Assembly: GCA_012295275.1 (NCBI GenBank)
Contig: CM022679.1
Location: forward strand, 1,302,001 to 1,366,000
Source of the DNA: Chrysomallon squamiferum
Taxonomy: Eukaryota > Animalia > Mollusca
Length of the DNA: 64,000 nucleotides
Direction of reading: 5' to 3'
The first letter of the stretch is position 1. Every line of letters starts with the position of its first letter. Below the pieces are notes generated by a model. That model saw only the letters and a list, made by a program, of their open reading frames with translations, had not been told where the DNA came from and did not search any database. Below, piece by piece: positions 15,837-29,825 of this stretch. Position numbers and translations under genes: made by a program.

Positions 15837-18800
15837 TTAAGTCTTCAGTCCACATCGACGCATCACCTGAAATAAAGTACACATGTTGTGAAAATATGTT
15901 AACAGTTCAGAAGACAATCACAAAAACAGAAAAACAACCAATAATCTTTATAAATGTAAAATGTGCAGAAAATATATTTTATTAACTTAGTTTAAATTAT
16001 TGTATATAAGTATTGTAAGTTACCTCTTCATACAACGTCCAAGCTGTTGCTGTCATCAGAGTGCGACGTAGCATTCGTGGAACAATACCACGCCAGAACC
16101 CCAGTAATCCGTCTCTCTGAATCACAAAATATTCAAATCAAGACAGTGTCTAGTCATTCATTACAAAAACATATACAAATATGCATATTAATGTATCATT
16201 TGTAACAAAGACTAAGACAGCAGCGAATAAACTGAAGTGAATTAAGACAGATTTTAAAATTATTAACTATTTAGTCTGAGTAATAACAGTGAAGGAGAAA
16301 AATGGAAAATAATTTTATGTTAGCATGAAAAGGTGTTCATGTGTCATACAACACAAACATCCTGGATGTGTTAAATGACCCACAGTGCAGCGTACAGGTA
16401 ACAGATGTGTGAAGTACTGGTGTGAGAAAAGAGAATTGCTAATAAAGAGAAGTGACAGACAGACACACACCTGGTAGACGTGGATGGCAGTGAGGTGGAT
16501 TCTGCCGTACTTGTCTGGGTGTAGTTGTGAGTGTGTCTTGACGACGTCAGCGGGCTGAGTGACGAGTGACGTCAGCACCCCAGCTATCAGTCCACACGTC
16601 AAGTGCTGAAGGGGAGCAGCATTCTGCTTTGCATCTGTTTTAAACATTTTAACAGTCAGCACAGAGAAACAGAAGTACTTAAATAAAACATCTTTTAAAC
16701 TATCCAGTGATTAAAAAATTAATGTTAATTTATGTATACTACGACGTGAATCAGGTTTTGTAGTCTATAAAAAGAACAATTGTGCTGAAGGGATATTTTC
16801 ATTACCTGCTGAAAACAGAACAGTTTCTCTCCAACAGGTTTTCAGAATTAAAGTTTATGCATTTTGAAATATTTAAATATATAATTCTGTGTAATGTTTA
16901 TCTGCTGCAATGAAGGTAATGAGTCATATATAAACATATATCAGTGAATACACAACTCACATTCTGGTATGTTTTTCTTGAGCTGAGTGTAAAACATCAG
17001 GTAGAGGGCTGAGAATGGGACGTCTCTCATCAGTGTGGGTGCTAGACCACTGTACAATCCTGCAGAGAAACAACACAGCAACAGTTATTTTAAACTATCA
17101 TTACACTAACCTAGCAACAGTTATTTAAAAACTATCATTACACTAACCTAACAGCAGCAGGGTATCTGTTACGTCACATTTGCATAAGCATCATAGACAT
17201 TAAGTGTGTCTCTAATACCTTAAATACACATTATCTGCATATTAAATCTTAGCACAGTATATCAACATAGTACTAAAACCAGATAAATGATTTTAAATTT
17301 AAATCATTATTCAACTTTGAAAAAAATATATACATGAGGTTTGACTCCTCTGATCAAAAGCAATATGATAAAATATTTGTTGAAGAAGAAAAATTAAACT
17401 GCTGAGTACATCTACTGATTTAAGTAAAGAATGTGAAACATACCTCTGAAACCTTCCTCACGAAAAGTTACCACCACAGCCTGAGACAAACTCTTATATG
17501 CAAACTCGTTACTCTTCAATGAAAAAAAACACATCAGTTAATAATGTTTAAAAATCAATTCCAACAGAAATGTACTCAGTTACTTCATCAAAAATAATTG
17601 CAAGTATCACTGTTGTTTTTGTTTTTTAAAGTAATAATCCAATGTGTTCTTCCCAATTTAAATTTTAGTTTACATAAGCTATTCTGAATTTCAACTTCAC
17701 TAAATTATATTTGTAAAAACATTACCTAAACACAAATTTGTTTTTCATGCAGACACTTGTTTATTTTGCAACAAAGTTGAGATGAAAAAGCAAGTTTTAC
17801 TTACTTCGTATCGAATTTTGATGACAGTGAAAGGCAGAAGCAGAACGCTGGCGAAGGCTCTGGCCACGCCCCCCATCTGAACTGATTCCAACGGGCGGGG
17901 GTCAGAACTCCTGAAATTACATTTATCTTTTTACTTTCTCATTTTTACAAAATAAACAACAAACAATAACTGTGTTTTAGAACAAACAAATGTTTCAAAC
18001 TACATATTAATTTAAAATATAATCTTCTACATTTTAAATTTTATTATTGTAGTAGCTAATAAACTGAACTCTTTTTTCATAACACAAATTAAGTTTTGCT
18101 TTTAATTGGTGACTTACCCAAAATTTGTCCTTAAGAAGTGAAGACTGGAAAAGTAGATACCAACTCCAGGAACACATCTCATGATTGACTAAAATTCAAA
18201 ACAAATAATGATTATTAGAAACCAAAAATATAAAAATTATTTTTAATTTGTTAGGCACACAACTACATTTCCCTACAAATCTAAAATAAAAAACAAATGA
18301 TTTGTGTACTAATATTTGTAACAGTTAATATTAGGAGTGCACAAACACGTCTGGTAGCAGTAATGTGGAGAAGAGCTGCTTTATTTTATAAAAGTTCAAA
18401 ATGTCACTTACCGGCACTAAACCCCTCCACAGTCCTAGCACGTGGTCGCGCTTCACTACACTGGTGGCAACAGCAAGCATACCTAGTCTTGGTCTGCAAT
18501 CAAACAGCAAATATTCTTTTACATCATCAGCTTCATTATTGTATTATTATTACCATCATCACAATTTTTATTAATTTTTTTTTTAAATACAGATAGAGCA
18601 TATATAACTATTATATCTTTGTCGTATTGAAAATAAAATGTAAACGCAGACTCACCCCAATGTTACGGATGACTGCACTCTGGTTTTGATCAGATCGAGA
18701 GGCTGGAACAGTAATGTAGAACATGTTCCACTCAGTGATCCAGCAATGAACGATTTGACAAGAGGAGACTGAAAATATCAGTTAACGACATTACAGCATC

Positions 18801-19242
18801 ATTAAATGTATTATAAATAAACCAAAACAATAATGCAGTTTGTGTATTTCACAATTCATGTTTGTTCATACATGTACTGAGTTAACTGTCCTTTGCTTAG
18901 ACTTAGGTATTTCTGCTAACTGGCAATTTGTCATGACAGTATTTAACTACTGTTGACATCAGCATTTATAATTAACTGAATATTACATCTGAATATTTCT
19001 AAGGAAAATTCAGTTTAAAGGTTTTCTTTGTTATTTATATATTTATTTTATTTTATTATTATCATTATTATATTTTTAATTTTATTTTATTTTTTATTAT
19101 TATTATTATTTTTTTTTTTTCAAAATACTATTGCTTTATTTATTTATTTGTTATTTTATATTACAATTATTATTTATTTATAGTAAAACAGGAATAAATT
19201 AAAGAGTTGTTTATATTCACATACCGACAGTGCCGATTCCAT
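15837..19242 (-). CDS. SLC25A38: Mitochondrial glycine transporter (solute carrier family 25 member 38), 281 aa, complete
   Basis: Minus-strand exons 19242-19225, 18768-18656, 18493-18412, 18188-18118, 17910-17805, 17513-17444, 17059-16961, 16634-16471, 16116-16024, 15866-15837 total 846 nt and are all GT-AG. Protein: [38 protein letters not shown]...[13 protein letters not shown]...[12 protein letters not shown]...[24 protein letters not shown]...TQPADVVKT...[19 protein letters not shown]. It has three carrier repeats with SLC25A38-type signatures. Confidence 0.93.
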
Positions 19243-19620
19243 CTTGTCTCTCGCAGAAACGGCGTACAGATGTTGAGCCGTGGTGTTGATGTCACGTTAC
19301 GACTGGCAGACGCCTGCTTCCAAACTCAGCTCTTCGTGCGGCAGCAGTGTGCTGTCCCACGCCTCAGCCCTCTACCCCCATTGAGCTGCGTTTACTAATA
19401 CCCCTCCCAGTCTTCTTTCCTCGAGAGAACCAAAAATGAATGCGATCAAGGAGAACGATCGGGTCTAACGATGAGTTAACGCGTAATGTCGATAATGCGT
19501 CCTGTTGCTCGGAAGTGCTCTACGTTTCTGACCTTCAGCGGTTGGTTCGTTGGATGTAGTGAGCTTGTGATAATACTACTAGTCAGTGAACTATTTGAAA
19601 GTATAAAGACCGACCTCAAG
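19243..19620 (-). promoter_or_regulatory. CpG-enriched 5'UTR/promoter region of SLC25A38
   Basis: Local rise in GC and CpG immediately upstream of the ATG in otherwise very AT-rich DNA; ETS-like CGGAAGTG near 19510. Confidence 0.45.
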
Positions 19621-21470
19621 TAATTTGAAATTTAATATTCAGAATAATGTCTATTAAATAAAGCATTATATTAAAATAAAATGCAATTGTCGTCAAATAT
19701 AATAGCTATAATGACACGATTCCTTTATATCAAAATAAAACAAGAATAAAAGAGTAGTAGTTGAACACTGCCTAAAATCCATAGTTTTGTCTTCAGGAAG
19801 ATAAATATATAAATTAATTAATATATTTTATTTTAGTTAGTTAATTTTGTCTTCAAGAAGGTAAATAAATTAATTAATACATTTAATTTTAGTTTGTTTA
19901 TATAAGTTTTGTGTTTACTTTCATTAATACGGCTGAACACGAATTTGAAGTTCGGTTATTTGTATTCTTTTAACTAAGACCTTAATTAATAACAGCACAT
20001 TAACTGAAACTGAAGAAAATAAAATTGTAATTTTTACTCATTTGGGAATGGCTTTGTAGTGTTTTGTTACAGATAAACAACATTCGATAATATTAAGATA
20101 TTTCATAAATATAAAAAGGTGTATTGTGTCGTTATGATTTGATCTAATATGTATTTATTTATTTATTTATTTATTTGATTTCGGTTGTAGATGGTTGTAG
20201 CGCTGGTATTTGGCTCGGATGTGATACATTTCAGTATCAATTTTCAAGCACGCCTATTGTGTCATTTCCCGACCCAACCATGTCTCACGAGAGGTTTGTA
20301 GAAAACTATTGTGTAAATTTTCCTGTTTATGGGAAGGGGCCATGTTGCTAATCAAAATAAATAATCGTTATTCACATAAAAATATATGATGAAAACAGCA
20401 AAAACAATAAGCATTAATACGAAATATCTAATGTAAAGTTCTAAACAATATTATATTAAATCAATGAAAAGTGTAAATAATAATAATAATCATCATCATC
20501 ATCATCATCATCATCATAAATATTAACGTACGTTTTAAATTATTTATAAGAAAGGGAAATTATCACTGAAGCACCGTAAGATTCCTAGTTAGGATCTGTT
20601 GTTGAGAAAGACCTTTAACAATTTTGTTTGGAAGCTAGTCAAAACTGGATAAAACCAAAACAAACTCACATGGTAAATAAGACAAGTGGAAACTGGAGTA
20701 AACTGGCTGGGTTGATGAATAAGTCGGCCAGTAAGGACGTACGTCGGTCTGTCACAAACTACATATGCATGTTTTTGATTTATATTGTTAAAAGAAATAA
20801 ATATTTTAAAAGCTTTATTTCCTACAGATATGAACCGCGCTAGGGCACTGATCTGTTTATCCAATAGCACGCTAGTATTCTGACACACCCCCTTTTTAAC
20901 CAGTGCGCACGAGGTAAATAAATATTAATTCCCGAAGAAAGCACGTTTTGTTCGTGATCATATTAAAGTTATAACTATAATGAAGAAACGTGAAAATTTT
21001 GTAATTTATTTAATACGATCAAGTAGTCGCTAAAACAGGTGCCCGATTTACTTCTCACCTATATATTACATAACTAATGATTTATGATAGCAAAATGAAA
21101 ACATGTTTGTGTACAATACGAACTGTACACATTCTGAGTCACTTGTTTAATATATTTACACATACATATAAACAACAGATGGACAGAAAAATGAAAGCTG
21201 AGCAAATAAATCAACATATTAAATAATTATTGTGACTAAATCTGATCTACTATTATAAAGATAGGTATTTTTGTTTTGACACAAATCTCAAAAATAATAA
21301 TGCTTAATACAGTAGGAACTATAATTTCTGAAGATTATTTAGTTGTTATTAATATTATTAGTTGTTATTTACAACAGTTCTCAGCAGAAACTCGAAGTAA
21401 TGTGACAATTAAGCAGCTCAAATCATTTGGTAAATTATATGTGTGTGTGTTTTAAAAAAAAAAAAAATAA

Positions 21471-21503
<33 letters not shown>

Positions 21504-21966
21504 AAATAAAAAATTTTTTTTACGTTGTTGAGAATATTAAGGGATGTCTGTTCTTTATTAAATTTGTTTGCAATGTTTTCTGATGAAGAATAGTTTGATA
21601 TCAGATAATTACGTATTTCTGTTGTTTGTTAACTTGAATAAAGAATAAGTAATGCATAAGTAACTTATTTAATTTATTTAGTTATTTATTTATTACAAAA
21701 AGAAAAGAGAAAAGAGCAACAACAACAAACAAAACAAAAAAACAATGAACAACAATAAATGACTTGAACTTTGTCTTTCTCACACACTGACACAGAAACA
21801 CACACACACACATGGACACACACACACAAGTAAGATACTGGTATATTACATTACATTAAAATGTTTATATCAAACCTATGAAACTCCCAGATTCTTTGTT
21901 TTTATTTCGTCATTTTTCTTCTTCCTCTTCTTCTTGCTTTCCTTTTCTTTCATTCTTTTTTAATCC

Positions 21967-22045
<79 letters not shown>

Positions 22046-22249
22046 AATTGATTTCTGTTAACATGCAGATATCGCTAATAGTTTGAAGGAATTAGAAATA
22101 CCATCTGTTCTAGGAATATAAAGTTAAAACAACTTTCTAAAGGAAATTTTCAGTACAGGGACGTTTAACATTCAAAATGTAGGACATAGGTGTTTCACAA
22201 TCACCCTTCAGCAAGGCGTAATAATGTCACAATTTCACAGATAAAACAC

Positions 22250-23968
<1,719 letters not shown>

Positions 23969-25288
23969 ATTATTGTATTCGTACTAAGCAACACCGACAT
24001 ACAGAAATTAGAACTGTGTAACTATACTGTAATGTTTGAATGATTTTACTGCATAAATATCTCAATTTGCCACTTTATTAAATACTTAGATTTTGTTTTT
24101 TCTTCACCTTAAACGTATTCAAAGTAAGAAAGAAATCAGAAATATGATTTAAAAAAAAAAAAAAAAATTAAAAATAAATAATACATAACTTATTAATTAG
24201 CTTAACATAAAATGCGCAACCTCTGTGAAAATATAATTCTGCTTGAATGACATTTTCCAATGCACATCCGAAAGAACCCAAGTCGACCTACCGAGATTTT
24301 CCGAAACAACTCGCCGATGATCTACGAACTTAACGGCGGAAACGTCACGAACGAATCGAAAGAGGTGTTCAAGTCAAGCGGTAAAAATAATATTTAATTT
24401 TTTAATTATGAAGGAAAAGTGATCTCGGTTTCTTACATATTTTTCACAATGCGATTTTCTAACAATCTGTTCTAAAAATATAAAACTACGGCACTAAAAA
24501 TTATATCAAAAACGTAAAAATAATGCAATATTCAAATGTGAAAATTGTTTACGCCACTTTAATTTATAAAATTCTTCGCTAGACATTCGCTTTACTGACG
24601 TATTAGTGTGATAAACTCAAAGTAGAAATCGCTTTAAAAATACTTCAGTCATCACTTTGAGTAAAATATTCATAATCAATTTTAAAAATAATTTAATTTC
24701 AGTGTAAAGAAACACAAGACTACTAACATTTTAACGGATTGACGTTACATTTCTCTGGCGTTCTCTGTCAGGTCCGCGTTACAGGGTTTATAAATAACGT
24801 CGTCGGTGGCAACTGATTGTGACTTTCAGAAACCACTTCTAACGTGCAAGAGGTTCTCGATCGGAAATTAAATTTAAAACTCGGCATTCAGGTTAGTTTC
24901 ATCAAATTGGGAATTCAGGACACATCAAACTAGGCATGGTTTCTGAAATCGTAGATTCCGATCTTCATTATTTTGGTGAACCGTCTAAACCTGCGTCGAA
25001 ATTTTTAGTTTTATTTATTTATTTTATTTTATTTTATTTTATTTTATTTTATTTTTATTTTTATTTATTTATTTATTTATTTTTTATTTATTTATTTTAT
25101 TTTATTTTATTTTATTTATTTTTTTATTTATTTTTTTATTTTTTTATTTTTTATTTTATATATATATTTTTAAAAGCATTTCGGCCGACGCATCTGAAAT
25201 TGTTTCCTTTTTTCCCTTTCTTCGTTTTTTCTTACTTTCTTTCTTTCCTTTCTTCCTTTTCTTCTACATCACATATATAACACACATA

Positions 25289-25556
25289 TCTCATCTCATC
25301 TCATCATCTCTTCTCAACAACCCATCTCCTCATCTCATCATTTCATCATCTCATTATCTCATCTCATCTCATCTCATCATCTCATCTCATCTCATAATCT
25401 TTTCTCATTGCATCATTTCATCATCTCATCACCTCATCTCATTTCATCATTTCATATCTCATCTCCTCATCTCCTCATTTCCTCATCTCCTCATTTCCTC
25501 ATTTCCTCATCTCATCATTTCCTCTGCTCATCTCGTCTCTTCTCATCATTTCATCT
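25289..25556. repeat. Degenerate (TCATC/CTCAT)n simple repeat
   Basis: Direct inspection of the sequence. Confidence 0.8.
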
Positions 25557-26473
25557 TATTTTATTTTATTTTATTTTATTTTATTAAATTCTTTTTTTTT
25601 TAAAAATAATTCCTCACCATTATTTTTTTATAATTTGTACCTTAAATGCAGCAACAGTGAGTCACCTGGTGAGTGATGATACCCCCACCTCAGAGTGGCT
25701 AATACAGGAACTCATACTTGAAAATGTGTTTCTGGGGGACTGTTCACCTAAGGTACAGAACATAAAACATAAATAAAATATCTATAATAATAATAATTAA
25801 AAACAAAATTAAATAATTTTTTTTTTTTTTTATTAAATTAAAAATGTCTTTTCGCCTGGTATTTCATTATTAAGAATAAAACAGTTAATCATAAAATTAA
25901 ATTAAAAATGAAATAAAAAATTAATATGTTAATGATAATCAAAATAAGAAAAAAACCCACAACCACAGAACAGTAATAATAAGATAAAACAAATAAATAT
26001 TAAAAGTTAATAAAGAAGGAAATCAGAACAAATGATGTAGAAAAATTAGTATTTCTTGTCAGTGAAGGTGAACGAAAGTCGGTGCCGAGTAACTGATGTC
26101 CTTGTAACCCCCCACCCCCAATATACCCAACAACAGCAACATAATAATAATAATAAAGAATTTATTCTCTCCTTTCTTCATACATCATTCATTCATTAAT
26201 CCTTTATTATTTCTAAAATACTTCCTCAAACACCTTTTTTTCCTTCTTTTTTTAATCATAAATTTCTACTTCTTTATTTGTTTATAATAATTCCTTTCCG
26301 GTGTAATTTCAACAGTGTCATGTTTATTTTTTTTTAAAGAAAATTTCCAGTTGTTAAAAGATCTCTAAAACGTGCGTGTGTGCGTTTGTCTGTAATAATT
26401 TATATATGAATAAATAAAAAAAAATGTAAATAACAAGAGCAACAATTTCTAGTTACACATTTCTAAAACGTGT

Positions 26474-26582
<109 letters not shown>

Positions 26583-27573
26583 TAACTATAAGAAATAAAC
26601 TCAAACATATGCAGACGTGTGTTATATACAACTTGGATAACTGTCGTAGATCACAGAACGTCTGTATACGTCATCAAAATCGCAGCAGAACACCGATCTT
26701 CAGTTCAGCAGACCGAGCCGAGCCGAAAACAACCGAAAGAATCTTCGTGAAAAATGACTAGAATAACGGCAATAATAAATTAAAACAAAAATAAACTACA
26801 TTATTCCTATTATTTCCAGTTATCTGAAAAATGTGTAGTGATGTTTTGTACAGCGGTGTCGTTTTTCATTTGAGCCTATAATTTTTAATACTTTATTAAT
26901 GAAATGATGCACTGAATTTGTATGTGTATTTATACAGTGTACACACATTCTGTAGGAACACGTAATTAGATAAAACAGCAAAACGGAGCATTCACCACTA
27001 CAGAACCAGTGTCAAGTCATTATCGGCCATTAATAGTCATCCGCTTAATTTTTAGTGTCCGGCTAAATGTAATCTGCAAGTTTAAAACATCTGAATGGAA
27101 TCTGGATATTTAAACAAAATAACCATGATCTACATGCACACCGACATAACCCCTTTTAGGTTAAAGAAAAGATGTAATCGTTTGTGTTTAATTACGTCAC
27201 CGTGCTATGGTTTTGCGCTGTCGCATATATAAACGTAGAAATCCATTTCAAACGTTAGAAAATTCGAGTCAAATGTTAAAGCAGTCGACATTGATCCGAT
27301 CTGTTGCCGACTACAACGTACACATCTAAGTTTTGATGAACATTTTATTCTTTCTTCTGTTTGCAATCTTTAAATATTGTGTGAAGTGATTTTTAAACAC
27401 TGACTGTAGGACAAATCACGAGTCGGGTAGATTTCACGATTAGTGTCGATAATGAAAATAGGTTATTAGTTTGAGCATTTTTACGTTTTGTTTACATTGT
27501 TTTAAAAATGACAAACGGGCATTCATTTTAGTAGTTTATTAAACCTTTTCATCCCAGTTTACAAATTACTATT

Positions 27574-28230
27574 TTAAGCTACGACGCCACCGTCTCCAGC
27601 GTCGTCAGCTCCATCTTCATCGACAGCTTCTACAACTGCAAGAAAAATTTGTTATTAGTTTCAAATTTTTAAAATTTGAACGCGAGAAATTACACGCGTT
27701 TTGAATCATTACTTACGCTCATCTTTGTCCACGAAGTTGAAATCGTCCAATTCAGCGGCGTTCAGTTTGCCGTCACCATCGCTATCTGCAGCGTGGAATT
27801 TTTTCATTTGAACCACGTTTGTGGGTTTCAGACCCGATGCTACAGCGATTTCATGCAGATCAGCAAAACCATCTCCGTTCAGATCCAGTTCTTTCAAAGC
27901 TGCGACATCGTCAGCATCCTGAAAGGACCACATTTTTAATATTTGACGTTTACCGAGACGTTAGCAGATCAAGCTTACTGAAACCGTTTAAATAATTCTG
28001 TATCGAGATTTTCAAACTACCTCTGCTGGATGAGCTCGCATGTCCAGTCCTCTCTTCCTCTTGCACACCTTGCATGCCCAGCTCCTGGCCCACTTACAGG
28101 CCGCCATACAACCAAGTGTGTGATACGGACTGACGCGAATTCTTCGCACGGATCGGAAGAACCAGCCGTCCACGTTTTCAGGAACCAAGGTCAAGGCCAA
28201 CAGAACCAGCAAGAAATACATGGCTTTCAT
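27574..28230 (-). CDS. Secreted precursor (copy A, 157 aa): signal peptide + 34-aa cationic Cys-containing peptide + KRKR + acidic two-EF-hand domain; putative antimicrobial peptide precursor
   Basis: Coding exons 28230-28021, 27918-27717, 27635-27574 total 474 nt and are GT-AG. A non-coding exon 1 has its donor at 28428 and AATAAA lies at 27540-27535. Protein: MKAMYFLLVLLALTLVPENVDG/WFFRSVRRIRVSPYHTLGCMAACKWARSWACKVC/KRKR/GLDMRAHPAEDADDVAALKELDLNGDGFADLHEIAVASGLKPTNVVQMKKFHAADSDGDGKLNAAELDDFNFVDKDELVEAVDEDGADDAGDGGVVA. The gene structure is solid; the function is inferred. Confidence 0.85.
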
Positions 28231-28506
28231 TCTGCAAAGGAAGAGAAACAAAACCGATATTCGCCAACAGTTTTTAAAATAAAAAAGAAAGCCAGTTATG
28301 GCCTAGATTTTGATATGAAACGTTTCAACTGCAGCGACACAACAGACATGTCGATATTACACACAGATTTAACCTTTAGGAAATGGTTGAATGTTTGTAC
28401 ATTTAGATACGATTCAACAAAAACTTACATGAAATAATCCACAGCAAACAAACAGCACGGCACAGAACAGAACAGACGAAGAAAAACAAATAACACTGTC
28501 AACTCA

Positions 28507-28609
28507 GTCGACTTATTTATTATAGTACAGTTGTCACGTGACTACACGTTTTCTACGTACTGCACGTTCTTCTCTTTCTCGTGCACGAGCAGTTGTCTTG
28601 TGTAGCATG
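28507..28609 (-). promoter_or_regulatory. Core promoter of copy A: TATA-like TATAATAAATAA and palindromic E-box GTCACGTGAC (28533-28542)
   Basis: Block conserved with 29450-29552 in inverted orientation, just upstream of non-coding exon 1. Confidence 0.6.
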
Positions 28610-29449
28610 CTTCTGTTTATTTTCTGTTACAAACATCGTTTATAAGTGAATAAAGTTATTATATGGTTCAGTCTAATTCCTCTTTGAAACAAAATAACAG
28701 TTTAACTTCCACAATGTTTATATCTAGCTTTAAACGGAAAACAAAAACAAAACCAAAAAAAAAAAAAAAAAAAACATTTATAGGAGAAAAAAGAGAAAGA
28801 TTACATTTCTCCCTGAAAATAGTTTTCTAATGTCAAACTCAACACAGTTACCTCCCTTCATTAGAGAACCTTTTAAATTATGCTTTAATATTAGTCGTTT
28901 ACAACATTAAAACAACTGTCCTAATTTCCCAATACTTTGTTTTGATGTGTGTGATTTGAAAATAATTGCTATCATGTCACTGAAAATTCAATGTTTCTTG
29001 CTACTTTGGGACTCATGTTTTTCATTATTTATTTATTTGTTTATTTTATTTAATTTCATGTTTTGTTAGGCGAATAGTTTATTTCTAATAACGTTAATAT
29101 GAACACTTTTATTAGCCAGAAGGAAGATAAATTACCGAAGATGAAGATAAATAGAATTCATTTGGTCGCCGATAAAAATGTATTAAACAAAAAATAAAAT
29201 TCTTCACCAACATCATATAAATAGACTTACAAATTTGTCACTGTATATTTTTATTCTTATTTTATTTTGCCAGAGGTAGAAATACAACCTTTCTGTTGTT
29301 TTATCTTATACATTTATCTTTCTATTTTCTTTAACGATTAAAATTCGATGCAAAAATTATGGACACTAAAATTATTATTTCATGTTAAAAAATTAAGTTA
29401 CATTGCTTAATAACATTCATAACTTGTATATGAGTTTACACAACACAAA

Positions 29450-29552
29450 CATGCTAAACAAGACAACCTCACGTGCATAAGAAAGAGAAGAACGTGCAGT
29501 ACGTGGGAAACTTGCAGTCACGTGATAATTGTAGTATGATAAATAAGTCGAC
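29450..29552 (+). promoter_or_regulatory. Core promoter of copy B: GTCACGTGAT (29517-29526), GATAAATAA TATA-like element, several ACGTG cores
   Basis: Homologous to the copy A promoter; followed by a non-coding exon with donor TTTCAT|GTAAGT at 29623. Confidence 0.6.
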
Positions 29553-29825
29553 CGATTCGACGACGTCACTTGTCAGAGTTGACCTGTCGTGTGCCTCAGT
29601 TTGTGCTGTGGAATATTTTCATGTAAGTTAACATCATGTCTAACTGTGTTAACGCTTTTTTCCTGTTGGTTACGCCGATTACTTAAAAACTAATCAGTAT
29701 TTTAATATCGACAATCGTTAGTGCTTTGGAAACATCAGAACTTTTCATAACAAAATCTAGGTCGTAACGAAGTCCTTTTAAAACTAATTGGCAGAATATC
29801 AAGTTTTGTTGTATTCCTCCGCAGA

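Noticed and set aside
20190-20355. Possible degraded SINE remnant (similar fragments near 37590-37690 and 57735-57800)
   Set aside because: The resemblance to gastropod SINE cores is from memory only and too decayed to support without a repeat-library search.
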